A stretch of DNA of 64,000 bases from Eledone cirrhosa (Eukaryota). The stretch lies in NCBI GenBank assembly GCA_964016885.1, contig OZ024740.1, positions 196,478,001 to 196,542,000 of the forward strand. Reading direction: 5' to 3'. Position numbers and translations under genes: made by a program. Position 1 is the first letter of the stretch. Each line of letters begins with the position of its first letter. Of the stretch, positions 49,705 to 62,600 are shown piece after piece. Under the pieces are notes generated by a model. That model was not told the origin of the DNA. It saw only the letters and a program-made list of their open reading frames with translations, and searched no databases.

Positions 49705-51405
49705 AATTAAAGCTATAAGAAGCACTATCGGCCAATACAAGCCAAAAACTCAGAAGAATATGGAGTGTACATACATTAAAGCATAGGAAAATTATCGGGT
49801 AAAAATTATCAAGTAAAAATTGCTAAGGAAGTGAATAACATTTTGAACCATATTACAAATATAGTCCAATGCAAAAACTAAAGCTAAACAAAGGTGGTGA
49901 TATAGAGCGGGAATTATTGTACTATATATAATATAATATAATATAATATAATATAATTGATAATGATAATAATAATAATAATATTAAAAGGCCCAATATA
50001 CATATATATATACATATGTACACATATATACATATATGTCAATACACATTTCCATCAATACAAGCACAAACTAACCCTTATTAAGAGTTTAAATATAAAT
50101 AAGAATAATAAGAATAAAAATAAAGATAAAAATAAAAATAAAAATATAATACATATATTATTTACAGTATAAAATGAAGAATAAATGATTAAAAGTAAAC
50201 ATATAATATATAATGAACTATATAATTATATAATAGATAATCTCCGGTTAATTTGCACAAACAATATAAATGTTACAATAACACTATAATAACAATATTA
50301 TAATATAATGGCATATAACTTAACAAATCATATAGAGTTACAGACCGGGTGAGAAAAAATATTGTACAGAACTAAATTATGTTGGAAAAATTATGTTGGA
50401 AAAATATCAAAACCATTGCAAGAAAACAGATGGAGGTCAAATTTCTATACAATTGGTGTAAATAAATATTATCCAAACATTACAAAATTTATAAAAATAT
50501 AAACATATTACAGAATTTACAAAATTTAACATAATGGTACATTTAATAATCGGTAAATAATAAAGATCAGTAGTACGTTTACAAAGAGTGGAATGATATA
50601 AAACTTCAATATAAAATATTGAACATAGTATAATATACATAATTACGTGGTTGGTGGACAGACATTTGTGAATAAGTGAATGAGAACCAGACAGAAAACT
50701 ACGCACGGTAGTATAAATATATAAATAAAATCAACCGGAAATCGAAAAACAAAAACAAAAGTATTTACTTAGGTGTCACATGCAGTTAAGTAAAAAATTT
50801 AGGAAACAAACCCGGATAAATGACTAGAAAAGCCTATTAAATTAATTAATATTGAAAGTATTTAAAATACATAATAAGTCAATACAAAATTAGCTATGGT
50901 TTAAGTAATCAAAATCTCCAAAGTTTAAGATATCACTATAAAAATATCTGGAAAAGAATGAAATATTCTACTATCAGTTGAATAACGTTATCTAATAAAC
51001 GGACTTTAAATAGAATTATGGTAGGCCAATGGGGACAGAAAAAAGAAATGTATGAGGATACTGTATTATACAATAGAAAGGAGCATAAAAGGGATTGAAT
51101 ATAATTATAGTATATTTGAAGGGGCGAATGACAAGTGTGTGTGTGTGTGTGGGGGGGGGGGGATTTAGTTATCCAAAGAAGAATCCAAATAAAATAAAAT
51201 AAAATAAAATAATATAAAATAAAATATATAATCAGATATAAACTCATAAGGTGTTAATAGTGAAAATATAATATAGATATGGTATGGTAGCCAAAGGACT
51301 ATGAAAACTAGAATGAAAAGCTGTTAAAAACCAATAATAATAATAATGATAATGATGGTGGTAAACAAAATGAACCTAAACTAAAAAGAGAAGGGAATAT
51401 AGCAG

Positions 51406-51820
51406 CTAATGGATACAATTTACACCACTAGAACCTTTAGGTTTATAATAAAAGTAAGAATTTGAAATGGCGTGGGGGCAAGAAGAGAATATCTCAGACT
51501 TTCTATTAAGTAAGGTTTCCCTAGAGAAAATTATAGAGTGGGTCTCAAGGATACAGAGATTACAAAATTTAGTATGTGTTGAAAGGTTATTAGAGCGTGC
51601 TACTATTCGCCAATTAAGGCTATATGGTATATTAGCCCCCTTAAGATCCCAGATATGGTGTGCTAAAGAAGTAGAATTCTTAAACTTAACATGTTTAAAA
51701 TTAGAGATATGAGAATTAAACCTAGTCTTAAAAGTGTTAGATGTAGAGCCTATATATGTGCTATTAGAGGAATTGGTTTTAACTACACAAGCATAAACGA
51801 TGTTCTTAGAGAGGCAGTTA
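51406..51820 (-). pseudogene. PLE GIY-YIG endonuclease remnant
   Basis: NIVYAC...TYIGST..FKTRFNSH...HIWDLK...CNLCILE...LLNRKSE..CPH; homologous to the C-terminus of 55127-56383. Confidence 0.85.
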
Positions 51821-52439
51821 TATATATATATATAGATATACATATATATATATATTATAATATATGTATATATATATAAATATATTTGTTGTAAGGTTGA
51901 TATTAGATGTGTCCATAGGCGGTATGCCGGTTGAGCACTCTATGTTCCTTCTGAGCAGAGTATAATATATATATATATTGTTGTTATTTTTGGGTGGTGG
52001 TGGTGATTGTGGGAGAGTAAGAATAGAGGTTTGTTTTTGTATGTTTAGTAAGTATGGATGGAGAAAAGTGAAATTTAGTAGACAAAAATACCCCACTTTC
52101 TTCCTTGGAAAAAGTTACATCTATGGTGCAAATTTGGTGCTGTTTGGTCCAGCCGTATGGCCAAAAGTTTGTTACATACATACGGCCGTCAGCTTTATTA
52201 ATATAGATGTGGATTTAAGGGGAAGTGTAACAGAAACATAAGGTTACCAATGTTTAGAGAAAGTGACGTTTATTTAATCAACTCCAGCCCCTGATAGATA
52301 ATTGGTAAAGCAACGTAAAAAATTTCTTTCTTTATGGAATATATCATATAAATACAGTTTAATAGATAAAAAAGAAAGAAAATTTAGATAGAAAAGAAAA
52401 AATGGAATGTAATATAGAAAAATATAAAGAAAAAAGAAA

Positions 52440-52665
52440 AACAACTGAAAAGCGGGGGAATAGCAAGGAATCTCGGGTCAGATAATAATGGTAAGGGGGA
52501 TTGGGCCTGGAGCGCGGCGGTAAAGGGGCTGCGCCCCGCGGAGAAGTCTGCAAAAGCATTCCCGCAGACAATGGCCAGCGACAATCGCTGCAGCAGCCAC
52601 CCCACCCTGCAGCCGGTCAATCCCCGGTATTTTGTCCACAGCTCCACCGATTTTGGCATTCCACC
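52440..52665 (-). mobile_element. CRE-clade non-LTR retrotransposon 3' fragment
   Basis: WLLQRLSLAIVCGNAFA resembles the CRE C-terminal QRISxAIQRGNA motif. Confidence 0.55.
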
Positions 52666-52729
52666 AACTAACAATAATCATCACTTTATTTCTTTATTTC
52701 TTTATTATTAATTTTTCCATTCATTATCA

Positions 52730-53710
52730 GCAGTACCGGTAGAGCGTTGGACAACATGCTTCGGAGCATAGAGTTACTGCCCTTTGCGTTCTCAGTTAAA
52801 ATCCCGCCGAGGTTAGCTTTGCCTTTCATCTTATAGGGGTCGATAAAATAAAATACCAGTAATTGCACTCGGGTTGATTTAATCGACTTTGCCCCCCCCC
52901 CCCCCTCGCCCTTCAAATTGCTGGCCTTGTGCCTAAAGTAGAAACAATTATTAATTAATCTAAATGAATAGATAATGAATAAATAAAATAAAATAGTAGT
53001 TTCTATTTAGGCACAAGGCCAGTCATTTGGGGAGGAGGGGCAATGATTAAATCGATCCCCAGTTCTTTACTGGTACTTTATTATATCGACCCATCCTGCT
53101 ACTACTAATAATTGTTTCTACTTTAGGCACAAGGCCAGCAATTATCCCAGTGTATTACTGGTACTTTATTTTACCGACCCGGTAAGGATGAAAGGCAAAG
53201 TTAACCTCAGCGGGATTTGAACTCAGACCACAAAGAGCCGTAACTCTATGCTGCAAAGCATGGTGTCCGACACTCTACCGATAGTGCCAATCCACCGCCC
53301 TTATCCTACTTCTAACAATAATTGTTTCTACTTGTGGCACAAGACCAGCAAATACCCAGTACATTACTGGTACTTTATTTTATCGACCCCATAAGGATGA
53401 AAGGCAAAGTTAACCTCGACCGGATTTGAACTCAGACCGTAAAGGGACGTAACTATGCTAGAAAGCATGGCGTCCAGCCCTCTACCGATACTGCCAATGG
53501 TGTCTATTCTACTTTAGGCACAAGGCCAGTAATTTTCAGGGAGGGGAAAGTCGATTAAATTGTCCTCATTACTTGATTGGTGCTTTATTTCACTAACCTC
53601 GCAACGACGAAAGGCAAAGTTGAGCTTGGAGAGATTTGAATTCCACTAATGAGCCAGAATAACTACAACAAAACAATTTGTCCATTGACTTAATTATTCT
53701 GCCAATCCTA
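52730..53710. mobile_element. Cluster of about six tRNA-SINE copies in both orientations
   Basis: Repeated SINE core, and tails reading ...GTGCCTAAAGTAGAAACAATTATT. Confidence 0.8.
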
Positions 53711-54007
53711 TCTTTTAATGGAAGCTCAAAATGACATATTAACCCATAGCATTTCCCTGGTATTAATGTCATCGTCTTTGAAAACAAGCAATACCAAATA
53801 ATATTGGTTACTTTAATTAACTAAATAACATCCGTCTACAAACAAAACACCAGTATAATGACAGTTAGGAAACAGGAGCGGTGGAAGCATGCCCCTCCCC
53901 CGTTCCACCGCCACTGTATATATATAATTTAAAAAAATTATGCTCTGTGCCCTTTCCTAAGGGGTTGATATATCGAGCTTCTGGTATTATACCCAATTTA
54001 TTCACCT

Positions 54008-54058
<51 letters not shown>

Positions 54059-54149
54059 CGAAGGAAATGTGGTAAGGAACCAGGTGGACCATAACGCACC
54101 AAAGTACTCAATACTTGAGGTAGTAGAGTGGGTAATAGGAACCAGTAAG

Positions 54150-54243
54150 ACCCCGACAGCTGAGCTCAAGCCGTTTCGACGGCTAATTCTGGACTAAATG
54201 AACATTTATCCTGGTATTTAAATAGCCGATCTTCTCAAGGGGT
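54150..54243 (-). ncRNA. Type I hammerhead ribozyme (U3-A8 variant), inverted copy
   Basis: Exact reverse complement of 57482-57575. Confidence 0.8.
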
Positions 54244-55213
54244 AATTCCATATATGGTCAAAGTGATTGTCAAAAATCAGTAGTAATTCTGTGGTTGCAA
54301 ATTAGTAGGGGAGATGGTGGCTAAACCTGCCAGTAGGAGAAAGAGGGGAGGGGGTGGAGTAGACCCAATCAAGCGTTGGTAGTGCCAGCTACAGCTGGGC
54401 ATGAGGTCAAAGAAGATACAGGGGAGGGGGAGGGGGAGGAAGTCGGAACGGTAGGTAGAACAATGGGGGGTAAAAATAGGAAAGAAAAAATACTGAGAGT
54501 GAAGAAAAGCAAAAAAGTGTAAAGAAAAAATTAAATTCTACGACCTAGGTGTCAGGCTATTGTTAGGCGAGAATAAAATAAAGAAAGAAAGAAAGAAGTA
54601 AATAAATAAATAAATAAATAAATAAGGAAATAAGTAAAAGAACTAGGTGGGACGAATTAAGCAAGGACCCTTTTAAGAGGTATAAGTACGTAAATGATAC
54701 GGTGACTGGTCAACAAAAGGGGCCAAAATACTAAAGAGACTACCACGAAATAAACAATAAAGGTTTCCATCCCGGGCCAGCAACGACCCAGTGCAGCAAA
54801 GTGAACTTGTACGACATAATAATTCTGAGTCCCGGGAAAAATATATACTAATGCTAACTCTAAAAGATCTAAAACAAGCTACATGAAAGTTCGTACGAAA
54901 TAAAGGTAGAATACGGAGAAATAAGTTCAGAATCCACCCCGCCCAGAAGAAAAGCGAAGCAAGAAATACTGAAACGAAAAAATAAGGCATAAGTGCCACT
55001 AAGAAATAAAGAGGGCACAGAGAATAGTGGGAGCGGTCGGAAAAGGGGGGCAAGTATCCGGGGTCTAAGCCAACTGCTATAAAGGGCGGAGTCCGCCAAA
55101 TCTATCAAAGACTAGGGGAGGGGGGAGTGGGGGTACTAAGGCTACATGGGGCCAAAGGGCAGCCTCGGGTGGGCGAGAAAAGACGCCGACAAAGGAGAAG
55201 AGCTGGGGTAGAA

Positions 55214-56383
55214 GGATTATTCCTAATAGCCAAACTCACTGATATGTTTCCTGCATTCGGTGGTGGATTGTACCGTGATGATGGGCTCCTTACCCTTAAA
55301 GGGTACAATCCCAGTAGTACAGATCGGGTCCGGAAACAATTAATCAGATTCTTCCGCGACTGGGGATTTAAAATAACCCTACAAACGTCCCTGACCCGAG
55401 TAAACTTCCTGGACGTAACCCTCGACCTCGAAAACGACCTGTACTACCCATACAGGAAACCTAATGACAATCTGCACTACATCCACCGCCGATCAAACCA
55501 TCCTAGGAACATCACAAACAACCTGGTCAAAAACATCTCCCTCCGCATATCCCGTTTGTCAGCTAATGAGCGGATATTCGATGAACATGCGCCTTATTAC
55601 AACCAGGCCCTCAAGCGGAGTGGTTTCCGGGAGGAAATATCCTACTGTCCAGATCCCATTAGCGGAACCAGCAGGAGACACCGCCGCTCACGCAATGTAA
55701 CATGGTTCAATCCTCCCCACAACGCAGAGGTGACTACTCCCATCGGGAAACTATTCTTTAGGCTCATTGAAAAACACTTCCCATTACAACACCGCTACCA
55801 CAACATAATTAACAAAAATACCATCAAACTCTCTTACAGCACTACACCAAACTTCGCACAAAACATCGTCTCCTCTAACAACAAAAAACTCAACCCCGAT
55901 GGCAGAAATAACCTAAATAGCAGTGGAGAACCGACCAGGAGGTGTAACTGCCCGGATAGATCTATTTGCCCACTCGACAATAGATGCAGAGACCGTAATG
56001 TGATCTACCAGTGCAACGTGAGGACGGATACCTCCAACAAAGCCTATATAGGACTTACCGCATGTGACTTCAAGACCCGGCTATACCAACATAGACATAC
56101 CTTCCGAAACCCGGCCCGGCGTCACGCCACTACACTTTCGGGCCACATATGGGACCTCAAGGACAACAACATCACCTATGATCTCACTTGGAGATTACTG
56201 TCCAGAGCCAATTCTTACACGGGAGGACGCCGTCCGTGCAATTTATGCTCGGAGGAAACTTTACAAATGCTGTTTTCGACGGACCAACTCCTAAACAAGA
56301 AAGATGAACTGGTTACTGCATGTAAACATAGATTGCGTAGGACTTACCTCGCCCTCAAACCCCATAATGACCCGGGGGGGTAG
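55214..56383 (+). pseudogene. PLE polyprotein C-terminal part (RT palm/thumb, Cys linker, GIY-YIG endonuclease), uninterrupted
   Basis: GLYRDDGL, VNFLDVTLDL, SNHP, WFNPP, CNC..CPL..C, VIYQC..YIGLT..FKTR..H, CNLC..E, LLNK; the first 29 aa or so of the 418-aa ORF come from the inverted arm. Confidence 0.92.
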
Positions 56384-57481
56384 ACTAGGGCTTTAACACC
56401 CCAGTTGCCGATTTTGCAATGGGTAACCCCTGCTTGCCAAGGAAGACGTAAGATCTTCTTTGTATTCTTTTATCGCATCCTTTATTTCCTTCCCCCCTCT
56501 CTCCTTTGTCCTTCTACCCCAGCTCTTCTCCTTTGTCGGCGTCTTTTCTCGCCCACCCGAGGCTGCCCTTTGGCCCCATGTAGCCTTAGTACCCCCACTC
56601 CCCCCTCCCCTAGTCTTTGATAGATTTGGCGGACTCCGCCCTTTATAGCAGTTGGCTTAGACCCCGGATACTTGCCCCCCTTTTCCGACCGCTCCCACTA
56701 TTCTCTGTGCCCTCTTTATTTCTTAGTGGCACTTATGCCTTATTTTTTCGTTTCAGTATTTCTTGCTTCGCTTTTCTTCTGGGCGGGGTGGATTCTGAAC
56801 TTATTTCTCCGTATTCTACCTTTATTTCGTACGAACTTTCATGTAGCTTGTTTTAGATCTTTTAGAGTTAGCATTAGTATATATTTTTCCCGGGACTCAG
56901 AATTATTATGTCGTACAAGTTCACTTTGCTGCACTGGGTCGTTGCTGGCCCGGGATGGAAACCTTTATTGTTTATTTCGTGGTAGTCTCTTTAGTATTTT
57001 GGCCCCTTTTGTTGACCAGTCACCGTATCATTTACGTACTTATACCTCTTAAAAGGGTCCTTGCTTAATTCGTCCCACCTAGTTCTTTTACTTATTTCCT
57101 TATTTATTTATTTATTTATTTATTTACTTCTTTCTTTCTTTCTTTATTTTATTCTCGCCTAACAATAGCCTGACACCTAGGTCGTAGAATTTAATTTTTT
57201 CTTTACACTTTTTTGCTTTTCTTCACTCTCAGTATTTTTTCTTTCCTATTTTTACCCCCCATTGTTCTACCTACCGTTCCGACTTCCTCCCCCTCCCCCT
57301 CCCCTGTATCTTCTTTGACCTCATGCCCAGCTGTAGCTGGCACTACCAACGCTTGATTGGGTCTACTCCACCCCCTCCCCTCTTTCTCCTACTGGCAGGT
57401 TTAGCCACCATCTCCCCTACTAATTTGCAACCACAGAATTACTACTGATTTTTGACAATCACTTTGACCATATATGGAATT

Positions 57482-57575
57482 ACCCCTTGAGAAGATCGGC
57501 TATTTAAATACCAGGATAAATGTTCATTTAGTCCAGAATTAGCCGTCGAAACGGCTTGAGCTCAGCTGTCGGGGT
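57482..57575 (+). ncRNA. Type I hammerhead ribozyme (U3-A8 variant), predicted cleavage after GUC at 57570
   Basis: Stem I ACCCC/GGGGU; core UUGAGAA; stem II GA(U)CGGCUA/UAGCCGUC; GAAA; stem III ACGGC/GCUGU with palindromic UGAGCUCA loop. Confidence 0.8.
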
Positions 57576-57585
57576 CTTACTGGTT

Positions 57586-57640
<55 letters not shown>

Positions 57641-57642
<2 letters not shown>

Positions 57643-59250
57643 AGATATAGATTGGATATTAGTATGAGTGAACTTGAAATCATCATTCAGGCCAGAAAAA
57701 CCCTAATAGAATTTCAAGGAAACTACTGGATGAGAAATTCTTATGGCGATTTCTATGACATCACAATGGGTTCGAAGGATTCAGCTCAGGTTACTGACCT
57801 TGCGGGTCTCTTCCTCCTATCTAACATTAAATCCTCTTTTCCTCTCCTAGAAGGTGGTTTGTATCTGTCTTCTTACAGGTAAAAATTTCAGTCTCTCATC
57901 CATAGAGAGAACTAAAAAGCAAATTAGAAATTTCCTTAAGGATTATTACAATCTCTCAATAACTTTCGGAGATTGTACTGAAATAGTTAATTTCCTGTAC
58001 ATCACAATGGACTTATCTACTGGTATTTATCAACCATACCATAAACCTAATGAAAACCTGCACCATATTCATAAACAATCCAACCACCCTGTCTCTACCC
58101 TCGACAACCTAGTCTACAACATATCACTTAGGATCTCAAGACTGTTAGCTAACGAGGACATCTTCTATAAGAATGCGCCGTACTACAACGAAGCCTTCAC
58201 CAGGAGCGGATACAAAGAGCACCTCACATATATACCGAATAATAGCATCACTGACCCAGCACCTATGATCTACAAAAAGCACAAAAAATGAGTGCCTAAG
58301 AACGGTTCTGATAGTCTTATTTCTACTAAAACTTCCTCCGTCAATTTAATTCCCCAAACTAGAACTAATCCTATATCTACAAACTCCGTGGAAAACAAGA
58401 ACCTATTCCCTATGGACAACTCTTCTAATCTTCCTTCTACTAATGCATGTCATAATGTTTTAGCACCGAACTCCAACACTACTAACAATATATGCGCTAA
58501 TAACTCAACCAAGCGAATGGATAATGTAAGTAAAAACCTCCTATATCTTAACTGGACTAACTTTAAATGTGCATTCACCTATTTCTATAAATAATCATTC
58601 TGCAGTAGCTGACTCAGTCAGACCTATACAAATACCCCCATCTGCTAACCTCTCCGACCAAATGTCTACTCAAATATCTGATAATGGAGTGCTCGAATTT
58701 CAAAATAATGCCATCATAGCAAATCATACAGTCATAGCTTGACAACAATATAATACTCCTGAATCACATGAAAATATCAATTGCAAACCTATTCTACACC
58801 ATATAAGCAATAATAATTGTTTCTACTTTTGGCACAAGGTCAGAAATTACCCAGTGCATTACTGGTACTTTATTTTATCGACCCCGTAGGGATGAAAGGC
58901 AAAGTTAACCTCGGCGGGATTTGAACTCAGATCATAAGCAATAATAATAGATATGATATTGCCTCCAACTCCTCTAATTACACCAACACACCTCGTCAAA
59001 TTGAGAATAACTATAAAAATAAAGATAAAACTAGTAATAGATGTCATAAAAGAAACACCACATGGTATAATGCACCTTTCAGTATACAGACTAAGGGACA
59101 AATTCCTAAAAAATTCTTTGCAATCTTAGATAAGCACTTCCCACCTAACTATAAATATCACCAAATGCTTAACTGCTTTACCGTTAAACTTTCTTACACG
59201 ACATCAACTAATCTGCAGCAAAAAGTAAGTGCAATGAATTTCTATAAATG
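57641..59250 (+). pseudogene. Older PLE RT remnant of a related family
   Basis: DITMGSKDSAQVTDLAGLFLL..GGLY, VNFL, PYHKPN, SNHP, ISLRISRL; later DKHFPP..YHQMLN..TVKLSY after a long low-complexity insertion; frameshifted. Confidence 0.8.
58818..58933 (-). mobile_element. 5'-truncated tRNA-SINE in the PLE remnant
   Basis: 15-bp TSD ATAAGCAATAATAAT (58803-58817 and 58934-58948). Confidence 0.8.
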
Positions 59251-59660
59251 TAGGATAGTGGAAAATGGACCCATAAATTACCCCCCCCCCCCCTCCCGCA
59301 AATAGACGGAACTAGTCTTACATCAAATATTACTCACAATGTAAACCTAAACACATCTAATAATACTAAGTACATAGCCACAGCCTGCAAAACACCTGCT
59401 AACTTAGGTGAACTAAATGAAATATCCAACAATCATCAGGCTGTAATAATCTCTTCAGTTGGTCATATAATTGTAAATGCACCCGCAACCAGCCGAACAA
59501 TAACTCTATATCAATTAGCACCAGACTCTGCACCTCTCTATATCTACCATACAACACTCTCTCTCATCCCCTCTCCCGCTACACATTATTACCAGACTCT
59601 CCTCCTCTCTATATCTACTATACGGAACTCTCTTCAATTTCCCTCTCTATATCAATTACC

Positions 59661-62600
59661 ACTTGATATAGACGTGAATTACTTCGCTCGGGACTTTTAC
59701 GGATTATTGTCAAAAAAACTGTGAGTTCATTGCTCAATTTAATAGCATTGTTTAGTTTAACCCCTTGCCTGGGCCTTCAGACGTTGAGTCAACTAATTTT
59801 CGCCCCTTTCTGGGGCGAAATTTTCATTTTCATCTCAAAACTGTGTAGACTTGGTAGTCAGCAATGGATGCCATTTCAACCTCGCACACTGTCGTGAGTG
59901 CCACGTTCACTAAGAAAAGTGGTGGAGGGAAGGTAGGAGTACAAAGCTTGCAGCCTTCCCCCCTCGCATTATCGAAAAACGTTGAAAATATTGAAACCAC
60001 GAAACCAAACCCGGTAAATAATACCAGCACCAACAACAAGAACAATGACAATAACACCACAACCAACAACTGCAACAATAGCAACACCAAGGAAAACATG
60101 AACAATATTATCAACAGTGACAACAACAGCAGCAACAAAAAAGATAACAACACCAAAACAACATTCGCACAGACTGTAAAAAAAACGAACTATACACGCC
60201 AATAGACATAACAAATGCTAAACAACTATTACAAGACGCAAAACAATTCGTGACTTTTGGCGAAAACGGCGCTTTTAGCATCAATTCTCCACAGGAATTA
60301 CGTAGAGAGGCTGTCTTGAAAACTGTGGTTTTCAGGACAATATCGAACGAAACAAGAAAACCAGCTCAATTATCACAAAATGAAATTGTGCTGGTTCTAA
60401 AAGATGCAATGAAGGGCATAACCTTCATACAAAAAGGTAAACTGTTTGGTAGCATTTCGGTGCTAATGAACAACCAGTCAACAGCACAAAAGTACTCGGT
60501 ATCACCCATTGTGTCCCCCCGCTTCACCTTTTTCCCCACATACAGGGGGGAAAGGACACAAAGAATAAAAATAATGAGTGTCACACCAAATGTAAATATT
60601 TGGTGGATACTATGTGGAATCATTGACTTTGACGAAGACAAGATAATTTCAATAGGAAAGTCCTCCGGAGGTGTATTTGGTGGGACCAGCGTAGAAGTTC
60701 TGGTGCAAATGAGCCCAGAACGAATAGCGAATATCCCACAACGCGTGCCTCTGGACGGGCTAACTTTTCAGTGGAGGGAAGGCGGCCGTCATGTTACCAC
60801 TGCTTAAGCAGGGGTCACCTGAGGGCTGCCTCTCCTCAATTAACGAGTAAAAAAAAAAGGCTCTTCTGCTAACCCCGAACACAACAACACAACCACCACC
60901 ACCACCACCACAACAACAACCACAACAACACAGAAAAATAACAACACAAAACACTGTTCCACCCAACCCCTCCCCACCTAAAACAAATACAAAAGCAACC
61001 ACAACAAAACCTCAAAATATACCCCTCCCCAACAACACGGAAGAGGACTCCGTATCAACGTAACCTAGTGACGACGAGGAAGAACCCTTTCAACAGGTGA
61101 AAAGGAAAAAAAAAGGCACCATATTAACAAAAATGCCACAAACACACAACCACCAGCACAAACAGAACAAACATCACAAATAAAAAAACCCACCCCTCCG
61201 CAAAACATAACACATACTACAAAACGCAAACACGCACAAGAACAGCAAACAAAAACAAACACAACACAACAAAAACTCTATACATACATTAACAAGAACA
61301 ATAAAACGTTGATGAAAGCGATAGAAAATAACCCTTCGGTGGAAACCGAAGGGATCACTTTCATCTACGCAGCGAACAAACCGCACCTAATGATGATTAG
61401 GGTCCCAACGGAAACCTATGTAACTTTGAAAATGAACCATCCAATGCACGTGGGGACCAACTGCACCAAACCACATAACAGCGTCCTATTGAGATGTTTC
61501 CCCACCCCCACACCAGACACCCACATCCCACCAAACACCCTAATCCCACCACACACTAATGTCCTCACTCCACAAAACAACCCTTCCAACACCCCCATGG
61601 AAATTGTGCAGCCTGGTCCCCAGGAGACGACGAGGTAAGTAATTTCCTTTGCTCGTTCTTTTTAACTCTTCAACACCGACATGGCCAATATAAGAGTTGG
61701 ATCTATGAATGCACGCGGCTTGGGGATGTCCTGGAAACAGGGCAAACTCTTAAATGACCTCAGGTCGGACAGAGTGGATGTAATGGTTATTTGCGAGTCC
61801 AGGATCAGCAGCGAGCGCCAACTGGTCCCCATCTTCGACGACTTTGAGATCTATGCATCTCTCTGTCAGCCGAGGGGTGGGGGTGGGGTTGTCGTTCTGC
61901 TGCGAAAATACCTGGGTCTTTCCACACAGAAGGTACACCTGGACCCGGAAGGTCGACTGGTGGTTTTAGACGTCGGCAGTGGTGAAGGTGGAGCTTTCAG
62001 GCTGGTGGAAGCGTATGCCCCATCTGGGACACCGCGACCGGACTTCTTCCGACGCCTGGAGAATTTCCTGGGAACGTCTCGCTCCTTGCTTTTAGTGGGG
62101 GACTGGAATGGTATCCTGGATGCACGTTGGGACTATGTAGGGCCATGTCCCGATAGAGGGGGGTGTAACAGCCTTAAACGATTAATCGGCCGATTTGATC
62201 TGGCCGATAGATATCGACTAGATTTTCCGACTGTGCCACGGTGGGCGTGGAGTAATCGCAGCGAAACATCTAGGTCGGACCTAGATAGGTTCCTAGTTAG
62301 AAATAAGGATAAGGAACATATTAAGCTGTCCACGAATGTTCATGGTTGACTATTCGGATCACAAGTTGGTGACCGGAGTGGTCAACTTGATAGAACTCAT
62401 AGACAGGGACCCGGTTACTGGAAGCTAAACTTGTCTTTACCGACAAACAAAGCTTACAGTAAGCGGATTAGCACACTAGTTAAGCAGCGTTTGACGGGGG
62501 CAATTGTCAACAACAGGTGGTGGGGCTCTCTCAAGAGAGAAATTAGAATAGAATCGATAGGTTTTAGTCGGGAATTAGCATCAGATAGGTATAGAACTGA

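Larger units (their letters stand above)
49517..52260 (-). mobile_element. Decayed Penelope-like element (GIY-YIG endonuclease + long AT-rich pseudo-LTR)
   Basis: GIY-YIG ORF remnant; hammerhead at 49667-49704; ends in (TA)n. The 5' boundary is uncertain. Confidence 0.75.
54058..57590 (+). mobile_element. Young Penelope-like element: inverted pLTR, 5'-truncated RT/GIY-YIG ORF, pLTR, inserted in (TA)n
   Basis: Inverted repeat arms 54135-55216 and 56509-57590; ORF in the spacer; (TA)n at 54010-54057 and 57588-57640. Confidence 0.93.

Noticed and set aside
52730-53710. Regularly recurring repeats suggestive of a CRISPR array or tRNA cluster
   Set aside because: They are diverged SINE copies in both orientations; no constant repeat-spacer period, no cas genes, no full cloverleaf.
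54673-57052. Duplicated 126-aa hydrophobic ORFs in the inverted repeat arms
   Set aside because: T-rich pseudo-LTR sequence with non-ATG starts; identity simply reflects the repeat.
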